From NCBI GenBank assembly GCA_963840695.1, contig CAWIZW010000009.1, positions 474,467 through 538,466 of the forward strand: a DNA stretch of 64,000 nucleotides. The letters run 5' to 3'. Each line of letters opens with the position of its first letter. Position 1 is the stretch's first letter. Under the pieces are notes generated by a model, which had not been told where the DNA came from, made no database searches, and saw only the letters and a program-made list of their open reading frames with translations. The position numbers and the translations under genes are program-made. Origin of the DNA: an uncultured Acidimicrobiia bacterium. GTDB taxonomy: Bacteria; Actinomycetota; Acidimicrobiia; Acidimicrobiales; JACDCH01. Shown one piece after another: positions 29,876 to 40,317 of the stretch.

Positions 29876-31293
29876 GCGCTCTGATCTCCTTCGGTGACGG
29901 GCGTGGACTGCCGGTGGCGCCGTTGGCCCAGCCGCCGATGATCGAGCGAGAACAGGCCGGCCCCGCCGCCGGCGTGGACGAGCAGCAGGCCGCCGTCGCG
30001 GAACTTCGGGAGCGTCGCGTCGGCGAAGGCCTCGGGGAAGCCCTCGGCGATGCCGCCGGCGCCCCGCACGATCTCCGCGCCCGGGAGCTGGCAGCAGCTC
30101 GAGCAGCTCGGGCGAGCAGCCGTGCTCGCGTCCCAGCCGGCGTCGCGGAACACCCGCGCCGTGCTCGGGCGACACGACGAGCATGGCGTCGAAGACCATC
30201 GCCAGCTTCGGGTGCTGCACCGTCCGCAGGCAGGCGGCGAGCGTCCGGCGAGCGACTCCGGGTCGCGCGACAGCTGGTCGACGATGCCCCGCGGTCCCTC
30301 GCCGGCGAACAGCGTGACGGCGTCGACGCCGTGCGGCGAAGCCCGCGCGACACCGACAGCGGCTCGCACGGCGAGCCCTCCTCGTCCTCGGCGAAGCAGA
30401 ACGTGAACTTGCCGGGGTTGCCGTGCGTGGCCCGGTCGACCTCGCCGGGGCGGCCGCCGCCGACGTTGCGGATCACGAGCTGCAGCGCCCGCCCGATGGT
30501 GGCGTTGGCCCGGTTGCCCTGGCCGAGGGCGTTGCACGCCCGAGTTCATGCCGATGCGGTGGCGGATCGGCCCGTTCACGATCGAGCACCGGGCCGACCG
30601 GCATCGTGGTCGCCAGCAGGCCGTGGGCGTTGAACTCGTCGGTGCACGCGGCCTCGACCGCGGCGAGCACGACGGGCAGGTACTCGGGCTGGCAGCCGGC
30701 CAGCACCGCGTTGATGGCGACCTTCTCGACCGTGCACTCGACGAGGTCGGGCGGGACGACGGCGACGACCTCGTCGGCGCGCGTGCGTCGTGCCCTCGAG
30801 CATGCGCAGGACCCGGGCTTCGGTCGGGGGCACGACGGGCAGGCCGTCGGTCCAGCCCCGGTCGAACATGGCCTCGACCTCGTCCTCGAGCTCGGCCGAG
30901 GTCGACCCGCCGGCTGCGCAGCGCCGACCGCGCCGTGAGCGCACGGCCAGCTCCGTCGGCGACCGTCGGGTCGAGGGTCGCGGCTGCCGCAGCCCGGGCG
31001 GTGCTCGGGCAGGTCGTGCGCCGAGGCGGCTCGACGCCGGTGAGCGCCTTCCCAGCGCGTGACGCGATCCAGCCCTCGGTGCGCTCGACGATCTGCGCCG
31101 CCGCTCGACGCGCAGCAGCGTCGGCACCGTCTCGACGCCGAGCGGCGTAGGACGATGTCGAGGCCCGTCGTCGTCGTCCTCGCTGACGACGTGGGCGCGC
31201 GAGGCCGGCGAGCACCGGGCGCACGAGCGTGCACGTCGGGCAGTCGGCCTTGACGACGGCCACGAGCCCGTCCGGCAACACCGGTGCCCCCAC
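29866..31293 (-). CDS. thioredoxin-like (CPTC) N-terminal domain fused to a conserved domain of unknown function; heavily frameshifted as given
   Basis: Starts MGAPVLPDGLVAVVKADCPTCTLVRPVLAGLA. Later blocks are FDRGWTDGLPVVPPTEARVLRML, AINAVLAGCQPEYLPVVLAAVEA, LIVNGPIRHRIGMNSG, VIRNVGGGRPGEVDRATHGNPGKFTFCFAEDEE and GGLLLVHAGGGAGLFSL. The stop overlaps the UGSC gene start by 10 nt. Confidence 0.5.
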   Translation of the reverse strand: MGAPVLPDGLVAVVKADCPTCTLVRPVLAGLARPRRQRGRRRRASTSSYAARRRDGADAAARRAAAQIVERTEGWIASRAGKALTGVEPPRRTTCPSTARAAAAATLDPTVADGAGRALTARSALRSRRVDLGRARGRGRGHVRPGLDRRPARRAPDRSPGPAHARGHDARAPTRSSPSSRPTSSSARSRRSPSTRCWPAASPSTCPSCSPRSRPRAPTSSTPTACWRPRCRSARCSIVNGPIRHRIGMNSGVQRPRPGQPGQRHHRAGAAARDPQRRRRPPRRGRPGHARQPRQVHVLLRRGRGGLAVRAAVGVARASPHGVDAVTLFAGEGPRGIVDQLSRDPESLAGRSPPACGRCSTRSWRWSSTPCSSCRPSTARVFRDAGWDASTAARPSCSSCCQLPGAEIVRGAGGIAEGFPEAFADATLPKFRDGGLLLVHAGGGAGLFSLDHRRLGQRRHRQSTPVTEGDQSAWL

Positions 31294-31303
31294 GGCAGGG
31301 AGA

Positions 31304-32195
31304 CTACGGCGAGAAGAACTGCACGATCAGGCCGTTGACGACATCGGGCGCCTCGAGGTGCAGGAAGTGGCCGGTGCCGGGGACGAGCTCGACCCGGTCG
31401 TCGTCGCCGGCCAGGAGGGTCTCGGCCCGCTCGGCGATCTCGACGCCCATGCAGCCGTCGTCGATCGCCGTGCAGGTACAGGTGCGGTTGCGGCGGCAGC
31501 CCGCCGGTCGCCGCCTCCTCGGCGGCGAGCTCGGGCACCTGCAGGGCGGGTTGGAACGTGGCCCGGTAGTAGCCGAGGGCGGCGGCCAGGTTGGCGGGGT
31601 CGCGCAGCGACGTCCTTGACCGCCTCGCGGTCGTCGCCGCTGTCGGTGTACCCGGGCGACCAGTCCTCCCACAGGCGGTCGATGAACTCGAGGTCGTTCA
31701 TGCCGACGGCGATGTCGGCCAGCGGGTTCTGGAAGAAGAACATGTACCAGGAGCGCTTCAGCTGCCGGTAGGTGAGGAAGGCCTGGCCGACCGCCGGCGC
31801 CGGCGGGACGGCCATGGTCACGACCCGCGCGCCAGCGGTCGGGGCGCGAGGACGGCCGCTCCGGTGGCGGCGATGGCGCCCCAGTCGTGGCCGACGAGGA
31901 CGGCGTCGGCGTCGCCGCCGAGCGCGTCGTGCAGGCCGATGGCGTCGGCGACGAGGGCGCCGTTCTGGAGCCGGCCGTCGGCGGGGACGGCCGTCGGCGC
32001 GTAGCCGCGCATCCACGGCGCCACGGCCCGGAACCCCGCCGCTGCGAGCTCGGGCAGGAGGTGGCGCCACGTCCGCGCCGAGTCGGGGAAGCCGTGCAGG
32101 CACAGGGCGAGCGGGCCTTCGTCGCCACACGTGAGGTAGGCGATGTCGAGACCGCCGACCTCGACCGCGGCCTGGCGCAGCTCCGGGGCTCCCAT
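31304..32195 (-). CDS. alpha/beta hydrolase (epoxide hydrolase/dehalogenase-like), frameshifted as given
   Basis: Motifs LCLHGFPDSARTWRHL, nucleophile block VGHDWGA, YMFFFQNP and C-terminal GTGHFLHLEAPD. The pieces lie in at least 4 frame segments. Confidence 0.7.
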
Positions 32196-32253
32196 GGGCG
32201 CACGACCGTAGCCACGTGACTGCGGTCACAGCACGTGACCCCGCCAGTTCACC

Positions 32254-33175
32254 GTGTGGACAGAACGGGTACCGTTGGCCGCCGAGTCAGGGGGACCGAA
32301 GCTGCTCAACGTCACGTTCTACGGGGTGAGAGGTTCGACGCCGTGCCCGTGCGACGCGAACAAGCGCTACGGCGGCAACACGTCCTGCGTCGTGCTCGAG
32401 ACGCCGGGCTCCGACCCGATCGTGCTCGACCTCGGCACCGGGCTCCGCTTCTGGGGCGACACCCAGCCGCACGACGGCACCTTCCGCGCCCACGCCCTCG
32501 TCACCCACCTGCACTTCGACCACGTGCAGGGGCTGCCGTTCCTCGCCCCCGCCGATCGGCCCGGCGCGCAGCTCCACATCTACGCACCCGTCCAGGAGAG
32601 CGGCGAGACGCTCGAGCACGCCTTCGAGGGCTTCATCCGCCCGCCGTACTTCCCGATCACGTGGGGCGACCTCCGCGGCGACTACCGCTTCCACGACCGC
32701 CGACAGCGAGGTGGTCGTCGGCGACGCCAAGGTGATGGTCCGCTCGATCCGCCACGTCGGACGCACGAACGGCTACCGCGTCGAGCTCGGCGGCGCGACC
32801 GTCGCCTACGTCTCCGACCACCAGCAGCCGATGGACGGCAGCTACGCCGTCTCCGACCACGTGCTCGAGCTCGCCGAGGACGTCGACCTCCTGATCCACG
32901 ACGCCCAGTACATGCCCGAGGAGTTCGCCGAGAAGCGCCACTGGGGCCACTGCACCGTCGACTACGCCGTCGAGGTCGCGGTCCAGGCGGGGGCGCGGCG
33001 GCTGGCCCTGTTCCACCACGACCCCAGCCACGACGACGGCATGGTCGACCTGATGCTCGAGCGGGCGCTCGCCATTCGCCCCTCGGGGAGCGAGCTCGAG
33101 GTCCTTGCCGCGGCCGAGGGCATGACGGTCGTCCTCGCCGACCCGTTGCCCGACCCGTACGCCGCCGGCCGGTAG
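32254..33175 (+). CDS. MBL-fold metallo-hydrolase, one frameshift
   Basis: THLHFDHVQGLPF motif. The C-terminal half is track ORF 32711..33175, with LLIHDAQY and ALFHHDP. Shift near 32700. Confidence 0.75.
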
Positions 33176-33187
33176 GTTCCGCCGTCG

Positions 33188-33677
33188 ATGACGGCGATCG
33201 ACCCCCAGGACTACCGGCGGACCCTCGGCAACTACCCCACCGGTGTCGTGATCATCACGCGGGGCGGCCGAGGAGGGCCCGGTGGGTCTCGCCATCGGCT
33301 CGTTCGCATCGGTGTCCCTCGACCCGCCGCTCGTCGGGTTCCTGCCCGACAAGGGCTCGTCGTCGTGGCCGAAGATCGAGACGTCCGGCGCCTTCTGCGT
33401 CAACGTCCTCGCCGCCGACCAGCTCGACGTCTGCCGGGCGTTCGCGTCGAGGCGGCGACAAGTACCAGTCGGTCGGGTGGCGGGCCGGGGTCACCGGGTC
33501 GCCCGTCCTCGACGGCGTCGTGGCGTGGATCGACTGCTCCATCGAGCGGGTCGACGAAGCGGGCGACCACTGGTTCGTGCTCGGCCGGGTCCAGGAGATG
33601 GACGTGCCGAGCGCGACGACGTCGGGCCGCTGCTGTTCCTCCGCGGCACCTACGGCGAGTTCGTCAGCGCGACGTAG
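33188..33677 (+). CDS. flavin reductase family protein (FMN-binding split barrel), frameshifted as given
   Basis: Motifs DYRRTLGNYPTGVVIIT, GLAIGSFASVSLDPPLVGF, AFCVNVLAADQ and DHWFVLGRV. There are at least 2 frame changes. Confidence 0.7.
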
Positions 33678-33710
33678 CTGGTTCGCTCCGCGCCATCCAT
33701 GGCGCTCCGC

Positions 33711-34442
33711 TCACACGGATTCCTGTCGTGCCCGATCGCGTGCGGACTCGGGGGCGCCATCGTGGCGCGGACTCCTAGCGGTGTAGGTCGTAGCCGGGCC
33801 AGGCGTGCCGGCGGCGAGATCGGGGTCGGCGACGGGCTCGCCGGCCACGATCCGCAGCGGCACGTGGCCGGCCCACACGGGGAGCGACAGATCCTCCTCG
33901 TCGTCGATGGGGCCGCCGGTGCGGATCTTCGCCGAGGCCTCGTCGAGCGGCAGTCGCAGCACGAGCGTGCCGCGCAGCTCCTTCTCGTTCGGTTGGCGGG
34001 CGTCGGCGCCCCGCCCGGCGAGCACGTGCTCGACGAGCGCCTCGAGGGCGGCGGTCTTCTCGGCCGGGTCCTCGACCTTGGTCGCCGTCCCGTAGATCAC
34101 GACCGACCGGTAGTTCATCGAGTGGTGGAACGCGGAGCGGGCGAGCACGAGGCCGTCGACGATCGTGGCGGTGACGCAGCACTCGACGCCGTCGGACGCT
34201 GCGGTGCGCAGGGCCCGGTTGGCCGGCGAGCCGTGGAGGTAGACGGTGTCGTCGACGCGGGCGTGGATCGTCGGGATCACGAACGGCCGGCCCTCGGGGT
34301 CGACGAGGCCGAGGTGGCAGATCAGCGCCTCGTCGAGGATGGCGGCGATCGTGTCGCGATCGTGGTCGCCGCGGTCGGGCAGGCGGCGGAGGGTGGTTCG
34401 ACGTGGGTCGGGCGTCGGCACCTGCCTAGCGTGGCCGAACAT
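33711..34442 (-). CDS. pyridoxamine 5'-phosphate oxidase family (flavin-nucleotide-binding) protein
   Basis: From the ATG at 34442 inside track ORF 33711..34574: RDTIAAILDEALICHLGLVDPEGRPFVIPTIHARVDDTVYLHGS...SAFHHSMNYRSVVIYG. The 3' end may be over-extended. Confidence 0.7.
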   Translation of the reverse strand: MFGHARQVPTPDPRRTTLRRLPDRGDHDRDTIAAILDEALICHLGLVDPEGRPFVIPTIHARVDDTVYLHGSPANRALRTAASDGVECCVTATIVDGLVLARSAFHHSMNYRSVVIYGTATKVEDPAEKTAALEALVEHVLAGRGADARQPNEKELRGTLVLRLPLDEASAKIRTGGPIDDEEDLSLPVWAGHVPLRIVAGEPVADPDLAAGTPGPATTYTARSPRHDGAPESARDRARQESV

Positions 34443-34535
34443 GAGCGAGCAGAGCGAGCGAATCATGGGCACCGCCGATTCGGCGCCGCGGAGCAGCGAC
34501 GAGGGCATCGCGTCGCCGCCGAAGGCGGCCGGTTG

Positions 34536-35054
34536 ATGCCCATCTACGCGCTCGGGGATGATCGAGCCGAGCATCGATCCCTCCGCCTACGTGCACCCCG
34601 ACGCCGTGGTGATCGGCGACGTCACGATCGGGCCCGAGGCGTCGGTGTGGCCGAGCGCGGTGCTGCGCGGCGACGACGGTCGGATCGCCATCGGTGCCCG
34701 CACGTCGATCCAGGACGGGACCGTCGTGCACACCACCCCCGAGCTCCCCACGATCGTCGGCGACGACTGCGTCATCGGCCACCTCGTGCACCTCGAGGGG
34801 TGCACGATCGAGGACGGTGCCCTCGTCGGCAACGGGTCGATCGTGCTGCACCGCGCCGTCGTGCGCACCGGGGCGGTCGTCGGCTCCGGGGCCGTCGTGG
34901 CCCCCGGCCTGGACGTGCCCGCCGGTGCCCTCGCCCTCGGCATCCCGGCTCGCATCAAGGAAGGTGGCGCCGACCCGGCGATGATCGAACACGCCAGGTC
35001 GAGCTACGTCCGGCGTGCCCGCGCTACGAAGCCGACCTCCGCCGCCTGGCGTAG
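34536..35054 (+). CDS. gamma-carbonic-anhydrase-like left-handed beta-helix (hexapeptide repeat) protein, frameshifted as given
   Basis: Begins MPIYALGD, then PSIDPSAYVHPDAVVIGDVTIGPEASVWPSAVLRGD... with hexapeptide periodicity. Shifts near 34560 and 35010. Ends RYEADLRRLA. Confidence 0.8.
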   Translation: MPIYALGDDRAEHRSLRLRAPRRRGDRRRHDRARGVGVAERGAARRRRSDRHRCPHVDPGRDRRAHHPRAPHDRRRRLRHRPPRAPRGVHDRGRCPRRQRVDRAAPRRRAHRGGRRLRGRRGPRPGRARRCPRPRHPGSHQGRWRRPGDDRTRQVELRPACPRYEADLRRLA

Positions 35055-35062
35055 TCGTCGAC

Positions 35063-37429
35063 CTACTCGACCGGTTCGAGCAGGAGGAGCTGGTCGCGGT
35101 CGGCGCGCTGGCGGGCCCAGGCGCCGATGAACGCGTCGTCGGTCAGGTACACCAGCTGCGTCCTCTCGGCGAGGCGGCGGACCAGGTCCATCAGCTCCCA
35201 CTTGAGCTCGGCCGGGACCCCGACGAACGGCTCGTCGAAGAGCACCGGGAGCGGCTCGGCCCGCGGGCCGACACGCATCGCGTTGGTCAGGTGGGCGACG
35301 ACGCGCTGGTTGAGCTCGGCCAAGTCGGCGTCGACCTCGGCGCTGTCGGCCCCGGCCTCACGGACGAGGGTGGCGACCTGGCGCTCGGCCGCCGCGTGGA
35401 GCTCCACCAGCCGGTCGAGGTCGACGATCCCGACCTCGTCGGCGGCGAGCGCGCCGTGGATCCGGTGCCGCTCCGCGACCAACGCCTCGACGTCGGTCCC
35501 GTCGACGACGTCGGGGCCCCCGACGCCCAGTCCCGCTCGCTCCAGGCGCTGCACCTCGAGCCGTGAGCGTCGCCAGGTCGGCATGGATGTCGTCGCGAGG
35601 ACGGGCGGCGACGCGCGCCGACTCGCGGTCGGCTGCGCCCTTGGCGGCGAAGCGGAGCATCGCCAGTCGGTCGTCGAGCGGGCCGTTGTTGATCCCTGCG
35701 TCGGCGAGCAGGTCGTCGAGCCGGCCGGCGAGCTTCTCCTCCTCGGCCTCCGCGTCGACGACGGCCCGCTGACCGCGTGCGGCGTGTCCGAGCGCGATCC
35801 GGCTGCTGACGAGCTCGGTCATGGCGGCGGGCGTACGGCCGTCGATGTCCTCCAAACCGAGGCCGTAGGGCTGCAGCGCGCGCACGACGCGATCCTGGGC
35901 GGCGCGCAACGTCGGCTGGGCGACCTCGTCGAGCTCGCGGTGCAGCTCCGCGAGCTCCTCGACGGCCCCGCCCTTCTCCCGCAGCGCCGTCGCGTACGCC
36001 TGCACCTCCGGCTGCAGGGCCGTCGCCACCGAGACCTCGATGCCGCTGGAGACGCTGGCCCACGAGCGCCGGGCCAGTTCGGCCTCGGAGCGGGCGAGGT
36101 CGAGGCAGTTCTGGATCGACGGATCCAGGGTCGCGTCGACCCGTCGGAGGTGGAACGCCAGGTAGGAGGGCACGTGGATGCGGTCGAGCGCGGCCCGCTC
36201 GGCCTCAGCCGCCTCTGCTTGTTCGCGACGCAAGGGCACCAACGCACCCGCCGCCAATCCCGCGGCCGCCAGGACGAACGCGACCGCCAGGAACCCCGTA
36301 CCCCCGGCCACGAAGAAGGCGGCGAGCACGAGCACGATGACGGCGGCGAGCACGGCCGGGCGCCGGCGGTCGAGCTCGGCATCGGCGTCCTCGACGCGTT
36401 GGTGCGCCGCTTCGAGCTCGTCGATGGCACTCCCGCCGTCCGTGCCGAGGCCACCGAGGGCGAGCTGCTCGCGCTCGAGGGCCTCCTCGGCCCACACCAG
36501 CCGGCGGTGCACCTCCCAGAGCAGCCGCTGGTCGACCGTGGCGAGGGTGAGGACCCGCATGTCGTCGGGTGCGGGGAGCGTGGCCGTGGCCAGATCGCGC
36601 AGTCGCTTCTCCAGCCCCGCCACCGCTGCCTCGTCATCGGCGACCTCCGCGAGCAGCGCCCGGAGGTCCGATGGCGGTGCCGCCGGCACGTTCGACCACC
36701 GCCCGAGCTCGACGGGATCGAGGCCTTCGAGACCGTCGCCGCGAGCCAGCGCGGCCGACGCGGCGGCCTCCTGCCAGTGGCTGGCGACGTCCTCGATCTC
36801 GGCGGCCGCCTCGAGCAGCCGGCCGTCGGCCTGGGCCGAGGCCTCCCCGCCTTCGAGGACGCCGGCCTCGGTCCGCACCCGCTCGAGCGCGGCCACGGCC
36901 TTGGCGTGCTCCCGGCGAGCGGCGGCGTGCTGGGCGGAGCGGATGCGCTCGTCGAGCGCATCGAGCGTCTCTTTGGCTGCGGCGACTCGCTGCCGGGCCT
37001 CCTCGGCGGCGGCGACCCGTGCGGCCAGCTCGCGCAGGGCGGCTCGTGCGTCGGTGATCTCGGGGGTGTCCTCGGGGCGGTCCTGGGCACGAGGGCGAGC
37101 CCGACGCGGTCGGCGCCGAGCACGACGAGCGACCGCAACGTGTCGGCGTCGGGCGCGAACCAGCCGATCGGCGACGGCGCCGCCGTGTCGTCGTCGAGGA
37201 AGCGGACCTGCACCCGACCACCGAAGGCGATGACCTCCATGGGTCGGCCGGTGTGGTCCGTGCAGGTGAGCACGGTGTCGTCGGCCCCGCCGGTCAAGGC
37301 CCCCAGGATCGACTCGGTGAGGGCACGCCGTTCCTCCGGGCCGACCCCGGCGAGCACGGTGAGCTGCTCGTGGAACCGGATCCGGAACTCCTCCCCTGGG
37401 GACCGGAGGACGAACTCTTCGAGGCGCAA
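35063..37429 (-). CDS. SMC/SbcC/YhaN-like coiled-coil protein with a central TM hairpin and degenerate Walker A; two frame changes
   Basis: The N-terminal head LRLEEFVLRSPGEEFRIRFHEQLTVLAGVGPEERRAL has no GK[ST]. Long Ala/Glu/Arg coiled coils follow. Two TM helices read AVLAAVIVLVLAAFFVAGGTGFLAVAFVLAAAGLAAGALV. The C-terminus carries a Walker-B-like PLPVLFDEPFVG. The TTG start at 37429 is preceded by GGAG. Confidence 0.55.
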
Positions 37430-37575
37430 CGGGACTCCTGTGCGGTGGAGGGGTGCGAAGGTCTGGAGAGACCGCCGGGGTGGTCGTCGAGAGCATCGGC
37501 ATCGGGGCCGACCTCCTGTAGCCACCGCTTCGGGTGATCGGGGCCGCGAAGCGCCACGTCCCGTAGGTTGCGCCG

Positions 37576-38471
37576 ATGAGTGAGCGCCTCGGCCGCGTCG
37601 GGATCTGGACCTTCCACCTCGATCTGCAGCCTTCAGCGCTGGCCCAGGAGCGGTGGCCGAGCTCGAGGAGCTGGGCTACGGCGCGGTGTGGATTCCCGAG
37701 GCGGTGGGCCGCGAGCCCGCTCGTGCACGCCGCGCTGCTGCTCGCCGGGACCCGCAGGATCACCGTCGCCACCGGCATCGCCTCGATCTGGGCCCGCGAC
37801 GCCATGGCCATGTCGGCGGCGCACCGGACGATCGAGGAGGCGTTCCCGGAGCGGTTCCTGCTGGGGCTGGGTGTGAGCCACCAACCGATGGTCGAGGGGG
37901 TCCGCGGCCACGGCTACGAGCAAGCCGCTCTCGGCCATGCGGGCCTACCTCGACGCCATGGACGCAGCCCTCTACGTCGCGGCGCCTCCGGCGACGGCCG
38001 CCCCGCGGGCTCCTCGCCGCCCTCGGGCCGAAGATGCTCGCCTGGCGGCCGAGCGGGCGGCCGGCGCCCACCCGTACTTCGTGCCCGTCGAGCACACCGC
38101 CTTCGCCCGCGGCGACGCTCGGGACGGGCCCGCTGCTCGCCCCCGAGCAGGCCGTCGTGCTCGAGACCGACCCGGACGAGGCCCGGGCGGTCGCCCGCCA
38201 GCACATGGCGATCTACCTCGGGCTGCCGAACTACACGAACAACCTGCGCCGCCTCGGCTTCGGCGACGACGACCTCGCCGGCGGCGGCAGCGACCGGCTG
38301 GTCGACGCCATCGTCGCCTGGGGCGACGTCGACGACGTGGCCGCCCGGGTGCGGGCCCACCACGACGCCGGCGCCGACCACGTCTGCGTCCAGGTCCTCA
38401 CGGCCGACCCCCGGACCCTCCCTCTCACCCAATGGAGGGAGCTCGCCCCTGCGCTCCTCCGGGAACAATGA
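37576..38471 (+). CDS. LLM-class F420-dependent oxidoreductase, heavily frameshifted as given
   Basis: Motifs MSERLGRVGIWTFHLD, ELEELGYGAVWIPEAVGREP, RFLLGLGVSHQPMVE, HPYFVPVEHTA and DHVCVQVL. There are at least 5 frame changes. Confidence 0.7.
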
Positions 38472-38486
38472 CGTCCCTGGCGTTGT

Positions 38487-38502
38487 CACTACGCGCGTAG
38501 TG
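38487..38502. promoter_or_regulatory. perfect 16-nt palindrome CACTACGCGCGTAGTG 16 nt upstream of sufB; candidate operator
   Basis: A near-identical site, CACTATCGCCGTAGTG followed by the same GAAAT, is at 48023-48043 upstream of the second suf locus. Confidence 0.5.
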
Positions 38503-38518
38503 GAAATAGCCTGGGGCC

Positions 38519-39926
38519 ATGGCAACTGCCGACCTCGGCCTCGACCTCTCCCGGTACAAGCTCGGCTGGGCTGACGAGGAGGACTACGTCTTCAAGCCCA
38601 AGAAGGGCTTGAACGAGCCGACATCGTCCGGGAGATGTCCTGGATGAAGGGCGAGCCCGACTGGATGCTCGACTTCCGGCTGAAGTCGCTCCGGAACTTC
38701 GAGCGCCGCCCGATGCCCAACTGGGGCGCCGACCTCTCCGGCGTCCACTTCGACGACATCTACTACTACATCAAGCCCACGAACTCGCAGGTCGACGAGT
38801 GGGAGGAGCTGCCCGACGCCATCAAGCGACCTACGAGAAGCTGGGCATCCCCGAGGCCGAGCGCAAGTACCTCGCCGGCGTCACCGCCCAGTACGAGTCC
38901 GAGGTCGTCTTCCACCGCAACCGGGCCGACCTCGAGGCCAAGGGCGTCATCTTCTGCGACATGGACACCGCCCTCCGGGAGCACCCGGAGCTGGTCAAGC
39001 CGTACTTCGGCAAGATCATCCCGCAGAACGACAACAAGTTCGCCGCCCTCAACTCGAGCGGTCTGGTCGGGCGGGTCGTTCATCTACGTGCCGCCGGGCG
39101 TCGAGGTCGACATGCCGCTGCAGGCCTACTTCCGCATCAACGCCGAGAACATGGGCCAGTTCGAGCGGACGCTGATCATCGCCGACGAGGGCTGCCAGGT
39201 GCACTACATCGAGGGCTGCTCGGCGCCGGTGTACACGACCGACTCGCTGCACTCCGCGGTCGTCGAGATCGTCGTGAAGCCGAGCGGCCCGGGTCACCTA
39301 CACGACCATCCAGAACTGGTCGAACAACGTCTTCAACCTGGTCACCAAGCGGGCCCGGGTCGAGGCCGAGGGCCACATGGAGTGGATCGACGGCAACATC
39401 GGCAGCCAGGTCACGATGAAGTACCCGGCCGTCTGGCTCGTCGGGCCCGAAGGCCTCGGGCGAGGTGCTCTCGGTGGCCTACGCCGGCCCGGGCCAGCAC
39501 CAGGACACCGGCGCCAAGATGGTCCACGCCGCGCCCGAGACGACCTCGAAGATCGTGTCCAAGTCGATCTCCAAGGACGGCGGTCGCACCTCCTACCGCG
39601 GCCTCGTCCGGGTCGAGGACGACGCCTACGGCTGCAAGAGCCACGTCCAGTGCGACGCGCTGATCCTCGACGAGGACTCGGTCACCGACACCTACCCCTA
39701 CATGGAGGTCGGGTCGCGCGACGCCGTCATCGGCCACGAGGCGACGGTCTCGAAGGTCGCCGACGAGCAGCTCTTCTACCTGATGAGCCGGGGCCTCTCC
39801 GAGGAGCAGGCCATGGGCATGATCGTGAACGGCTTCATCGAGCCGGTCACCCGCACCCTCCCGATGGAGTACGCCGTCGAGTGGTCCCGCCTGATCGAGC
39901 TCCAGATGGAGGGCTCGGTGGGCTGA
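38519..39926 (+). CDS. sufB: Fe-S cluster assembly protein SufB, frameshifted as given
   Basis: Motifs [83 protein letters not shown] and [11 protein letters not shown]...[20 protein letters not shown]. At least 4 frame changes; one is a missing base at 38618-38619. Confidence 0.9.
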
Positions 39927-39927
39927 C

Positions 39928-40293
39928 ATGCCGATGCGCCAGGACTGCAAGTTCTTCGAGAGCCGGACCTACGCCAACGGCGAGACCGTGCGGAAGTGCG
40001 ACCTCGACCTCGCGCCCGAGGCGCCGTGGCGGTGCCCCGACCCCTGCCCGGCGTTCCGGCCCCGGCTGGCCGACGTGAACTGGAGCCACGCCTCGCTCGT
40101 CACCCCGCCGACGCCGGACGAGCCCGTCGGTGAGGGGATCGCCGAGCTGCTCGACGAGGCCGAGGACATCATCAACGCCGCCGGCCCCAAGATCCTCGCC
40201 GAGGTCGAGGCCGAGCAGCCAAGGCGGCGCGCCGTCGGGCGGCGTCACCGGCCGGTTCGGGCGCTTCTTCCGCCGCAACCGCCGCACCGCTGA
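39928..40293 (+). CDS. small four-Cys protein of unknown function inside the suf operon
   Basis: [43 protein letters not shown]... (C-x16-C-x11-C-x3-C). The ATG is 1 nt after the sufB stop. The C-terminal tail frame is uncertain. Confidence 0.5.
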   Translation: MPMRQDCKFFESRTYANGETVRKCDLDLAPEAPWRCPDPCPAFRPRLADVNWSHASLVTPPTPDEPVGEGIAELLDEAEDIINAAGPKILAEVEAEQPRRRAVGRRHRPVRALLPPQPPHR

Positions 40294-40317
40294 CCTCACG
40301 AGGCTCGCCTTCCCGCC

